This document shows positions 24,384-32,000 of a stretch of DNA of 32,000 bases, one piece after another. How positions within the stretch are numbered: the first letter of the stretch is position 1; each line of letters starts with the position of its first letter. A program made the position numbers and the translations under genes. Where the stretch lies: assembly GCF_001598795.1 (NCBI RefSeq), contig NZ_BCZP01000018.1, forward strand, positions 60,001-92,000, given 5' to 3'. The notes beneath the pieces were generated by a model. It was given only the letters and a program-made list of their open reading frames with translations. It was not told the origin of the DNA and ran no database searches. The DNA is from Delftia acidovorans NBRC 14950. Lineage in GTDB: Bacteria; Pseudomonadota; Gammaproteobacteria; Burkholderiales; Burkholderiaceae_C.

Positions 24384-25928
24384 GTGCAAACCTCAGCCCC
24401 TCTTGCCGGCGCGCAGCCGGCGCGTCCCATCGACATCGCCCTGCTGGTCAGCGTCTTCGTGATCGCGGCCTGCGGCCTGCTTTACGAACTGGCTGCGGGT
24501 GCGCTGGCTTCCTATCTGCTGGGCGATTCGGTCCTGCAGTTCTCCACCATCATCGGCAGCTACCTGTTCGCCATGGGCATCGGCTCATGGCTTTCGCGCT
24601 ATTTCGAGGACCATCTGCCCGCGCACTTTCTGCGCATCGAGCTGATGGTGGCCCTGGTCGGCGGCGCGCTGCCGGCCACGCTGTTCATTGCCAATGCCTA
24701 CGCGCCCGGCGCGTTCCGCTTTCTGCTGTACGGCATGGTGCTGGTGGTGGGCACGCTGGTGGGGCTGGAGATTCCGCTGGTGATGCGCATCCTCAAGCGC
24801 AATGTGACGCTCAAGGACCTGGTGTCCCAGGTGCTGACCTTCGACTACCTGGGCGCGCTGGCCGTGTCGCTGGCATTTCCGCTGCTGCTGGTGCCCAAGC
24901 TGGGCCTGGTGCGCACGGGGCTGCTGTTCGGCTTCATGAATGCGGCGGTGGCGGTCTGGGCACTGCTGCTGTTTCGGCATGAGCTGCGGCGCCCGCGTGC
25001 CCATGCCCTGGCCTGCGCTGCCGTGCTGGCCTTGCTGGGCACGGGCATCTGGGGCGCCGACCATCTGACGCGCCTGGCCGACGACCATTTCTACCAGGAC
25101 CGCATCGTGCTCTCCAGCAGCTCGCCCTACCAGCGCATCGTGGTGACGCAGGGGCGCCAGGGCGCGCGGCTGTACCTCAACGGCAACCTGCAGTTCGCCC
25201 AAAGCGACGAGTACCGCTACCACGAGGCCCTGGTCCACCCCGTGATGGCCGCGCATGGCGCGCCCAAGCGCGTGGCCGTGCTGGGCGGCGGCGACGGCAT
25301 GGCCGTGCGCGAGGTGCTCAAGTACCCCTCGGTGGAGTCGGTCACCCTGGTGGAGCTGGACCCGGCCATGACCGACCTGTTCAAGGACAACGCCATGCTG
25401 CGCCGGCTCAACGGCGAAGCGCTCAGCGATGCGCGCGTGCACATCCTCAATACCGATGCCTTCCACTGGCTGCAGCAGGGCGGCGATACCTTCGACGTGG
25501 TCATCGTCGATTTCCCCGACCCGACCAATTTCGCCATCGGCAAGCTGTTCACCAACAGCTTCTATGCCTTGCTGGACAAGCGCCTGGCGGCCAGCGGCTA
25601 CGCCGTGGTGCAGACCACCTCGCCCCTGATCGCACGCAAGAGCTACTGGACCGTGGTGCAGACCATCGAATCCATCGGCCTGCAGGCCACGCCCTACCAC
25701 GCCCATGTGCCCAGTTTTGGCGAATGGGGCTTCGTCATCGCCAGCCACCGGCCTTGGCGCGAGCCCGATGCCCTGCCTGCGGGCCTGCGCTTTCTGAGCG
25801 CGCAGACCATGGCGCTGATGTTCGACTTCCCGCTGGACATGGCGCGTGTGCCGGCCGAGGTCAACCGCCTGTCGAACCAGGTGCTGGTCAACACCTACGA
25901 GCGCGAATGGGGCAGGGTGGAGCGTTGA
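24384..25928 (+). CDS. polyamine aminopropyltransferase-like protein (spermidine synthase fold) fused to an N-terminal ~7-TM domain
   Basis: No in-frame ATG near the 5' end. Candidates are GTG 24384 (preferred, outside the hairpin) and TTG 24345. Seven hydrophobic segments, then SPYQRIVVTQ, VLGGGDGMAVREVL, LVELDPAM, NTDAFHWL and VIVDFPDPTNFAIGKLFTNSFY, i.e. intact dcSAM/AdoMet-binding and catalytic-Asp motifs of spermidine synthases. Confidence 0.85.
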   Translation: MQTSAPLAGAQPARPIDIALLVSVFVIAACGLLYELAAGALASYLLGDSVLQFSTIIGSYLFAMGIGSWLSRYFEDHLPAHFLRIELMVALVGGALPATLFIANAYAPGAFRFLLYGMVLVVGTLVGLEIPLVMRILKRNVTLKDLVSQVLTFDYLGALAVSLAFPLLLVPKLGLVRTGLLFGFMNAAVAVWALLLFRHELRRPRAHALACAAVLALLGTGIWGADHLTRLADDHFYQDRIVLSSSSPYQRIVVTQGRQGARLYLNGNLQFAQSDEYRYHEALVHPVMAAHGAPKRVAVLGGGDGMAVREVLKYPSVESVTLVELDPAMTDLFKDNAMLRRLNGEALSDARVHILNTDAFHWLQQGGDTFDVVIVDFPDPTNFAIGKLFTNSFYALLDKRLAASGYAVVQTTSPLIARKSYWTVVQTIESIGLQATPYHAHVPSFGEWGFVIASHRPWREPDALPAGLRFLSAQTMALMFDFPLDMARVPAEVNRLSNQVLVNTYEREWGRVER

Positions 25929-27661
25929 GCACCGGCCTCTCGCCCCTGTGGAGCCGGCGCCAATGGCTGCAGGGCCTGGCCGGCGGCGCGGCCCTGGGCC
26001 TGTCCGGCTGCACGCCAACGCCACCGCGGCTTGAGAACCTGCCCGGCGGATTCAGCGGCGTGGCGCTGGAGCGCGGCCATGCCTTGCGCGCTTTCTGGCA
26101 GCGCCTGGGCCAGGGCCTGGCGCTGCCGGCGCCGGCCGTGGTGCACCGTGCCAAGGTGGTGATTGCCGGCGGCGGCATGGCAGGCCTGGCCGCCGCGCGC
26201 GCACTGGAGCTGGCGGGTGTGCAGGGCGTGGCCCTGCTGGACACGCAGCAGGCCATGGGCGGCAACAGCCAGGGCGGCAGCATTGCGGGCCTGCCCTGTC
26301 CGCTGGGTGCCCACTATCTGCCCCTGCCCAGCGACGATGCGGCCGAGGTGCAGGACTGGCTGGAGGCCCTGGGCCTGCGCCAGCGCCGCGCGGGCCGCTG
26401 GCAGTACGACGAGCGCCATCTGTGCCACAGCCCGCAGGAGCGCCTGTTCTGGCAGGGCGCCTGGCATGAGGGCCTGCTGCCCGTCGATGGCGTGGCGCCG
26501 CGCACGCTGGAGCAGTACGAACTCTTTGCGCGCAGCGTGGCCCAGGAGATGGACAGGGCGGCCTTTGCCATGCCGTCCATCCGTGTCTGGCAGCGCGAGG
26601 GCCGGCTGCCCGCCGCCCATGCCGCGCTGGACGGCCAGACCATGCAGGCCTGGCTGACCAGCCAGGGCATCGATGATGCGCAGCTGATCTGGTATCTGGA
26701 GTACTGCTGCCGCGACGACTTTGGCGCGGGCCTGGCGCGCGTATCGGCCTGGGCAGGCATTCACTATTTCGCCAGCCGCCATGGCTTCTCGGCCCCGCGC
26801 CGCCAGGACGAGCGCACGGCCGAAGACGCCGGCGACGCCGTGCTGACCTGGCCCCAGGGCAATGGCTGGCTGTCGCAGCAGCTGGTGGCAGGGCTGGGCT
26901 CCACCGACCTGCAGACGGATTGCAGCGTGCTATCCATCGCCGAAGGTGCCGACGGTGTGGAGATCGACGTCTACCACCATGGCCGCCAGCAGCACGAGCG
27001 CTGGCTGGCCGCGCGCTGCGTCGTGGCCCTGCCCAGCTTCATCGCGGCACGCGTGGTACGCGATGCGCCGGATTTCCTGCGCGCGGTGGCGGGCCGGCTG
27101 GACTGGGCGCCCTGGCTGGTGGCCAACATCCATCTGCAGCGGCCGCTGGCCGACCGGCCCGGCGCCGATCCGGCCTGGGACAACGTGCTGTTTGCCGATC
27201 CGAATGCGGGCGGTCTGGGCTACGTGGACGCGGGCCACCAGGGCCTGGACCGGCTCACGCCCCGTCCCACGGTGCTCAGTTACTACCAGGCGCTGGGCGA
27301 CTGGCCTGACGGGCGCGCGCAACTGCTGGGCCAGCCCTTCGGCTTCTGGCGGGACCGCATCGTCGGCAGCCTGCTCGTCCCCCATCCCGACCTGCTGCAC
27401 AAGGCCACGCGCATGGAGATCACGCGCTACGGCCACGCCATGGCCATTCCCCGGCCTGGCGACCAGCAACTGCTCAGCCAGGTGGCGCTGCAGTCGCACC
27501 ACCGGGGCCGCAGCGCGCAGTGCGCCGGCGAGCGCGTGGCCCTGCTGCCCACGCCGGGCACGAGACGCCTGTGGTTCGCGCATTCCGACTGGGCCGGCTA
27601 CTCGGTACTGGAGGAGGCCTTCACGCGCGGCCACCATGCGGGCCTGTGGGCTGGCGCCTGA
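25907..27661 (+). CDS. Tat-signal, lipobox-bearing NAD(P)/FAD-dependent oxidoreductase (flavin amine-oxidase-like)
   Basis: SRRQWLQGLAGGAALGLSGC is a twin-arginine motif plus L-S-G-C lipobox. Rossmann fingerprint VVIAGGGMAGLAAARALELAG. Start is either ATG 25907 (22-nt overlap with the upstream gene) or TTG 25925 (gcgTTGAgc overlap with stop TGA 25926-25928). Either implies translational coupling. Confidence 0.8.
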   Translation: MGQGGALSTGLSPLWSRRQWLQGLAGGAALGLSGCTPTPPRLENLPGGFSGVALERGHALRAFWQRLGQGLALPAPAVVHRAKVVIAGGGMAGLAAARALELAGVQGVALLDTQQAMGGNSQGGSIAGLPCPLGAHYLPLPSDDAAEVQDWLEALGLRQRRAGRWQYDERHLCHSPQERLFWQGAWHEGLLPVDGVAPRTLEQYELFARSVAQEMDRAAFAMPSIRVWQREGRLPAAHAALDGQTMQAWLTSQGIDDAQLIWYLEYCCRDDFGAGLARVSAWAGIHYFASRHGFSAPRRQDERTAEDAGDAVLTWPQGNGWLSQQLVAGLGSTDLQTDCSVLSIAEGADGVEIDVYHHGRQQHERWLAARCVVALPSFIAARVVRDAPDFLRAVAGRLDWAPWLVANIHLQRPLADRPGADPAWDNVLFADPNAGGLGYVDAGHQGLDRLTPRPTVLSYYQALGDWPDGRAQLLGQPFGFWRDRIVGSLLVPHPDLLHKATRMEITRYGHAMAIPRPGDQQLLSQVALQSHHRGRSAQCAGERVALLPTPGTRRLWFAHSDWAGYSVLEEAFTRGHHAGLWAGA

Positions 27662-27721
27662 TCTCCATACCGACCTCTTTCGTGGATTCCTGATCGCCGG
27701 GCAAGCTGCTGCCGGTTCGTC

Positions 27722-27740
27722 GCTGGCCGCGTCCGCCAGC
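27722..27740 (+). terminator. hairpin GCTGGC-cgcgtcc-GCCAGC followed by gggTTTg (weak candidate terminator)
   Basis: Read directly, 60 nt after the oxidoreductase stop. Confidence 0.3.
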
Positions 27741-27779
27741 GGGTTTGCCCTTGTCCGTGTGCCGTAGATGCCTGGCTAT

Positions 27780-27818
27780 AGTTCTATTTGATAGATCTTG
27801 ATTCTGTTGGATAGAACT
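27780..27818. promoter_or_regulatory. inverted repeat AGTTCTAT-N23-ATAGAACT with internal TTGATAGA/TTGATTCT/TTGGATAGA repeats upstream of the amidohydrolase gene
   Basis: Read directly in an AT-rich patch 20-60 nt upstream of ATG 27841. Candidate operator/promoter; no cognate regulator gene is adjacent. Confidence 0.3.
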
Positions 27819-27840
27819 TTGAAAAGGGTACGAAACGCAC

Positions 27841-28887
27841 ATGGGCAACTATCTACCGGTGAGGCCGGATTGGCTGGGCCTGCACGAGGAGGAGATCCTT
27901 GAGCCATCGCTGGCCATCGTCGATGCCCACCACCATTTCTACGATCGACCGGGCTGGCGCTACCTGGCGGACGAGTACCTGGCCGACGCGGGCTCGGGCC
28001 ACAGGGTCCGTGCCTCGGTCTACATGCAGGCGCTGACGCGCTACCGCACTGCCGGCCCGCAGGCGATGCAGCCGGTGGGCGAGACCGAGTTCGTGGTGCA
28101 GGCGGCGGAGGGCGTGCAGGACGTGCAAGAGCACAGGCAAGGCCATGCGGCCTGTGCCCTTGCGCAGGGCATCGTCGGATATGCGGACCTGCGCGCCGGT
28201 GCGGCGGTGCGCGAGGTGTTGCTGGCCCATCTGGAGGCCGGCAAGGGGCGCTTTCGTGGCATCCGGCACCTGGTGACCTGGGACGCGGACAGTTCCCTGG
28301 TCAATCCCCTGACCGCCGCGCCGCAGGGCCTGCTGCTGGACCGGTCCTACCGGCAGGGCGTGGCGCAGTTGGCGCCGTTGGGGCTTTCCTTCGATGCCTG
28401 GCTGCTTTTTCCGCAGCTGCCGGAGCTGCTGGACCTGGCACTGGCCTTTCCGCAGACGGCCGTGATCATCAACCACTGCGGGGGCGTGGCGCGCATCGGC
28501 GCCTATGAAGGCCGGCATGCCGAGGTGTTCGAGCGCTGGAAGACCTCCATGCAGGCCCTGGCCCGGCTGCCCAATGTGTACGTGAAGCTCGGCGGGCTGG
28601 GCATGCGCATCAACGGATTCGGCTTCGAGAAAGCGGACAGGCCTGCGGCCTCGGAGCAACTGGCTGCGGCCTGGAGACCGTGGATGGAGACCTGCATCGA
28701 GGCATTCGGCGCCGACCGCTGCATGTTCGAGAGCAATTTCCCGGTGGACAAGGGCTCCTTCAGCTACGCCACCTGCTGGAACGCCTTCAAGCGGCTGGCG
28801 GCGGGCGCAAGTGCCGCCGAGCGCCAGGCCCTTTTCGAAGGAACGGCAAGCCGCGTGTACCGGCTGGGCCAGGCGCAGCGCGAATGA
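27841..28887 (+). CDS. amidohydrolase family protein (Amidohydro_2/metal-dependent hydrolase-decarboxylase type)
   Basis: LAIVDAHHHFYDRPGWRY (HxH metal motif at the first beta-strand), VIINHCGG and FESNFPVDK are typical of the amidohydrolase-2 TIM-barrel family. Confidence 0.8.
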   Translation: MGNYLPVRPDWLGLHEEEILEPSLAIVDAHHHFYDRPGWRYLADEYLADAGSGHRVRASVYMQALTRYRTAGPQAMQPVGETEFVVQAAEGVQDVQEHRQGHAACALAQGIVGYADLRAGAAVREVLLAHLEAGKGRFRGIRHLVTWDADSSLVNPLTAAPQGLLLDRSYRQGVAQLAPLGLSFDAWLLFPQLPELLDLALAFPQTAVIINHCGGVARIGAYEGRHAEVFERWKTSMQALARLPNVYVKLGGLGMRINGFGFEKADRPAASEQLAAAWRPWMETCIEAFGADRCMFESNFPVDKGSFSYATCWNAFKRLAAGASAAERQALFEGTASRVYRLGQAQRE

Positions 28888-28979
28888 CGCTGCGTCACAG
28901 GAGCCATCTGCCTCGCCTGCCCCATCGATCCCATCTCACCCGACTTATTCGTCCAAGCCATCATTCCAAGGAGACCGCC

Positions 28980-29948
28980 ATGCCATCCCTCATCTCTCGT
29001 CGCGCCATGCTGGCGCTGGCCGGCACAGCCTGCCTAGCCCCCGCCTGGGCGGCGGCCCAGGGCAAGCCCGTGACCATCATCGTGCCGTATGCGCCGGGCG
29101 GCAGCGCCGATCTGGTGACGCGCGTGATCGCGCAGTTCGCCGCGCCGGGACTGGGCTCTGCCTTGGTGGTGGACAACCGCACCGGCGGTGGCGGCGTGGT
29201 GGGCTGGAGCGCGGCCGCGCGTGCCGCGCCCGACGGCCAGACGCTGCTGACCGTGGAGCTGTCCTATGCCATTGCAGCCGGCCTGATGCCGAACCTGCCC
29301 TTCGATCCGCGCAAGGCGTTCACCCAGGTCACCACGGTGGTGAAGGTGCCCCATGTGCTGGTGGTCAACCCCCAGGTGCAGGCGCGCAGCGTGGGCGAGT
29401 TCATTGCGCTGGCCAGGGCGCAGCCCGGCAAGCTCAACTACGGCTCTGGCGGCAACGGCACCAACACCCACCTGGCCGGCGAGCTGTTCAAAAGCGCAAC
29501 GGGCGCCGACCTGGTCCATGTGCCGTACAAGGGCGCGGGCGCCGTGCTGGCCGACCTGATGGGCAACCAGGTGCAGGCCCTGATCACCTCGGTCCCCACG
29601 GCGCTGCCCTACATCCGAAGCGGCAAGCTCAGGGCACTGATGGTGACGGGCTCGGAGCGCAATGTAACGCTGCCTGATGTGCCTTGTGCCAAAGAGGCCG
29701 GCATCCCCGCCATGGACATCGACTACTGGATTGGCATAGGCGCCCCGGCCGGCACGCCTGCGGCCGCCGTTGCCCGGTTGAACAAGGAATTCAACGCGGC
29801 ACTGGCCCAGCCGCAGGCCAGCCGGAAGATGGCGGAGATGGGGCTGTCCGTGGTGGCGAACACGCCCGAGCAGGCCACGCAATGGGTGCAGAACGAGATA
29901 CAGCGCTGGAGCGCCGTGATCCGGCAGGCGGGCATCAAGGCCGATTGA
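28980..29948 (+). CDS. tripartite tricarboxylate transporter substrate-binding protein (Bug/TctC family)
   Basis: AAGGAGAC SD before ATG 28980. Signal MPSLISRRAMLALAGTACLAPAWAAAQ. KPVTIIVPYAPGGSADLVTR, VDNRTGGGG, NYGSGGNGTNTHL and VPYKGAGAVLADLMGNQV are the classic Bug-family pattern. Confidence 0.9.
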   Translation: MPSLISRRAMLALAGTACLAPAWAAAQGKPVTIIVPYAPGGSADLVTRVIAQFAAPGLGSALVVDNRTGGGGVVGWSAAARAAPDGQTLLTVELSYAIAAGLMPNLPFDPRKAFTQVTTVVKVPHVLVVNPQVQARSVGEFIALARAQPGKLNYGSGGNGTNTHLAGELFKSATGADLVHVPYKGAGAVLADLMGNQVQALITSVPTALPYIRSGKLRALMVTGSERNVTLPDVPCAKEAGIPAMDIDYWIGIGAPAGTPAAAVARLNKEFNAALAQPQASRKMAEMGLSVVANTPEQATQWVQNEIQRWSAVIRQAGIKAD

Positions 29949-29986
29949 CGACCGATTTAAGGCCGATGGCCGGCCTGCAGGACGCG

Positions 29987-30976
29987 CTACAGCGGACCCG
30001 GCACCTGCACCATGCGGTACAGCGATTGGCTGCCGCGTGCGGCCAGCACGCCCAGCTGCGCCAGCGTGCGCGGGTCCAGCTCCAGCGTGATGGCGGCGCG
30101 CGCCAGTGCCGAGCGGATGCGGGGGCCGTCCTCGCCTTCATGGATGACGGGCGGGTAGAGGCTGGCGCCGTCGGCGCCGATCACGCTGGCTACCAGCGGC
30201 GGCTGCGGCGGCTCGCCACGGCGCAGCACCACGGCGATGTCGCCGTTGTCCAGCCGCACGTAGGTGCCGGGCGGGCACAGGCCCACGGCGCGCACCAGCG
30301 CGAAGCCCACCTCGTCGGAGTAGCGCTGCTGCTGGGTGAGCGCGCGCAGCGACTCGGCGGCGCTGCGGCCTTCGCGTGACTTGCGCGGGCTGATCAGGGC
30401 CGCGTAGCGGTCCACCGTGCCCAGGATGCGCACCAGGCGCTGCACCGGGGGCAGTGTGGCCAAGGGCTGCTGGGGCACGGCTTCATGGTGTCGGGCCACC
30501 AGTTCCAGCCACAGCGCGTCGTTGACGAACAGACGCGCCAGCAGGGCCTGGCTTTGCAGCGGATGGCGCTGCACGGCCTGCTGCTGGGCGGGGGTCAGCG
30601 GCTCGCGCTGCAGCGCCAGTTCGTCCTGCAGCGCGTTCATGCCGATGTTCATGGTCAGCGCGCCGCGTACCAGGGTGCGGTGCTCGGTCTCGTTCAGGCG
30701 CAGCTCGCGCGCCAGCACATGGCACAGGCAGGCGCAGACCAGGGCATGGGAGGCGCTGTAGCCCACGGTGGAGGAGCAGGCGCGCTGGAACATCAGGTAC
30801 AGCGCGGCATCGCTGTCGTGGGCGATCAACTCCTGCAGCCACAGGTCGATCTGCTGCAGCTTGACCAGGAAGCCCTGCACCTGCAGCGGCGCGGACAGCA
30901 GCACGGACAGCGCGGCCTCCAGGTCGGACCACAGGCCCAGCAGGTCTTCGTAGGAATCGTCGGGGCGTCGGCTCAT
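29987..30976 (-). CDS. HD-GYP-like (HD superfamily) protein with degenerate catalytic motifs
   Basis: Collinear with the HD-GYP layout: SASHALVCACLCHVLARELRL (HSxxVA region); LVRGALTMNIGMNAL where LHDIGK is expected (HD replaced by MN); LTPAQQQAVQRHP; VARHHEAVPQQP (HHE kept, DGxGYP missing); RLVRILGTVDRYAALISPR. An extra ~100-aa C-terminal domain follows. Confidence 0.7.
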   Translation of the reverse strand: MSRRPDDSYEDLLGLWSDLEAALSVLLSAPLQVQGFLVKLQQIDLWLQELIAHDSDAALYLMFQRACSSTVGYSASHALVCACLCHVLARELRLNETEHRTLVRGALTMNIGMNALQDELALQREPLTPAQQQAVQRHPLQSQALLARLFVNDALWLELVARHHEAVPQQPLATLPPVQRLVRILGTVDRYAALISPRKSREGRSAAESLRALTQQQRYSDEVGFALVRAVGLCPPGTYVRLDNGDIAVVLRRGEPPQPPLVASVIGADGASLYPPVIHEGEDGPRIRSALARAAITLELDPRTLAQLGVLAARGSQSLYRMVQVPGPL

Positions 30977-31016
30977 CGGTGGCGGGGTGCGGAAAACGGG
31001 GCGCGTGCAGGCCGCA

Positions 31017-31682
31017 TCAGCGCCGCTCCAGCACCATCTCGCTGCCCTGGCGGGTCATCTGGACGTGGGCAAGAAAGCTGTTTCCCAGCAGCACATAGGG
31101 CATGGCAAGAGGGGCGACCACGGCGTCCACGCCAAAGACCTCGACATCGCCCACGCGCACCGAGTCCAGCCGCAGGCTCCAGCCCTGGGCGTCGCCGTTG
31201 GCGGTGCGCATCATCACGGGCTGGCCCTTGAGAAAGGGCAGGCCCATGCGTTCGGCGTCGGACCGGCCTATGGCGACCGAGCTGGCGCCCGTGTCCACCA
31301 TGTAGACCATGGTCTTGCCATTGATCTGGCCGCGTTCGATGAAATGGCCCCGGTTGTCGGCCTTGAGCACCACGCGCCGGCCAAGCGCGGGATCGCCCGC
31401 TGCCGCGCCCCGGCCGCCCAGGCTGATGGGCGCTTCGCCCAGGCGCAATGTCTGGCGGCGGCCCTTGATTTCCACCTCGGCCGTGTCGCCCGATACCTGC
31501 AGCACGCGCACGTCCTGCAGGCTGTCGCCGGCCGCCAGAGCGCGTGGCGTGCCGCCGTCGATGACCAGCAGGGCCTTGTTGCCCAGCACGCCGCGGAGTG
31601 CCACGGACTGCGCTGTCGCCGGTGGCGGAGCCAGCACGGCCACGCCGGCCAGGCTCAGAAGTACGGCACGCAGGTGGCGCAT
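31017..31682 (-). CDS. retropepsin-like (clan AA) aspartic protease, TIGR02281-like
   Basis: Signal/anchor MRHLRAVLLSLAGVAVLAPPPATAQS. GHFIERGQINGKTMVYMVDTGASSVAI carries the D-T-G active site. LLGNSFL near the C-terminus. Confidence 0.75.
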   Translation of the reverse strand: MRHLRAVLLSLAGVAVLAPPPATAQSVALRGVLGNKALLVIDGGTPRALAAGDSLQDVRVLQVSGDTAEVEIKGRRQTLRLGEAPISLGGRGAAAGDPALGRRVVLKADNRGHFIERGQINGKTMVYMVDTGASSVAIGRSDAERMGLPFLKGQPVMMRTANGDAQGWSLRLDSVRVGDVEVFGVDAVVAPLAMPYVLLGNSFLAHVQMTRQGSEMVLERR

Positions 31683-31715
31683 GGGGCTTGTGGTGCAGGG
31701 GCGGAGGCCGGGCGT

Positions 31716-32000
31716 TCAGTCGCGGAAGTTGTTGAAGGACAGGGGATGGTCGGCCAGGTCCTTGCGGATCAGGGCCATGGCCGCCTGCAGGTCGTCGCGC
31801 TTGGCGCCCGTGACGCGCACGGCGTCGCCCTGGATGGCGGCCTGCACCTTGAGCTTGCTGTCCTTGATCAGCTTTTGCAGCTTCTTGCCCAGCTCGGCCT
31901 CGATGCCGTTCTTGACCTTGATGGTCTGCTTGAGCTTGTCGCCGCCGATCTTCTGGGCCTTCTGGATGTCCAGGAAGCGCACGTCCACGCTGCGCTTGGT
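31716..32000 (-). CDS. yajQ: YajQ family nucleotide/cyclic-di-GMP-binding protein, N-terminus beyond window
   Basis: ...[52 protein letters not shown] matches the YajQ C-terminal half ([24 protein letters not shown]...F.NFRD). The frame stays open to the window edge. Confidence 0.85.
   Translation of the reverse strand, partial: TKRSVDVRFLDIQKAQKIGGDKLKQTIKVKNGIEAELGKKLQKLIKDSKLKVQAAIQGDAVRVTGAKRDDLQAAMALIRKDLADHPLSFNNFRD

Noticed and set aside
25724-25906. Track start at 25724 for the FAD oxidoreductase ORF, and start at 28680 for the Bug-protein ORF.
   Set aside because: The upstream parts are out-of-frame read-through of the preceding genes. The real products begin at the Tat-signal region (ATG 25907 or TTG 25925) and at the SD-preceded ATG 28980.
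1-32000. Genomic island, mobile element or defence island hypothesis.
   Set aside because: No integrase, transposase, recombinase, phage, toxin-antitoxin, restriction or nuclease/ATPase defence-type genes. No tRNA or flanking direct repeats. Composition looks uniform apart from short AT-rich promoter patches. Housekeeping genes (ybaK, plsY, yajQ) are interspersed.

Overview
GC-rich chromosomal segment (third codon positions are almost all G/C). It looks like a Comamonadaceae-type betaproteobacterium; that is an inference from gene content, a Bug/TctC-family binding protein and codon style, with no search run. I call 29 protein-coding genes. I saw no rRNA, tRNA, CRISPR, transposase, integrase or phage genes, so this reads as core or metabolic chromosome rather than a mobile island. 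All family calls come from motif recognition by eye, without BLAST or HMM. Gene order: alpha/beta hydrolase (5' partial); LD-carboxypeptidase with an unusual His-rich N-terminus; membrane di-iron hydroxylase; small unknown protein (-); penicillin-acylase-family Ntn hydrolase; alpha/beta hydrolase (-); three-gene ABC importer (binding protein with a long C-terminal extension, fused double permease, ATPase); LysR regulator; TetR regulator (-); amino-acid permease, 4-hydroxyphenylpyruvate dioxygenase and Tas-like aldo/keto reductase; a minus-strand operon of DUF2975-like membrane protein, small YozG-type HTH and Pro-rich membrane protein; ybaK; plsY; then the most interesting stretch (20.2-27.7 kb). 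That stretch holds a tandem zinc-ribbon/DUF4178 protein, a DUF350 protein, a Fur-boxed TonB-dependent receptor, a 7-TM spermidine-synthase-like fusion and a Tat-signal/lipobox FAD amine-oxidase-like protein. It is followed by an amidohydrolase and a Bug/TctC binding protein, and on the minus strand by a degenerate HD-GYP-like protein, a retropepsin-like aspartic protease and yajQ (partial). The best candidate for an undescribed system is the DUF4178/DUF350/SpeE-like/flavoprotein envelope cluster. Secondary candidates are the His-rich LdcA fusion, the DUF2975-HTH operon with its phased direct repeats, and the degenerate HD-GYP/protease/YajQ trio.
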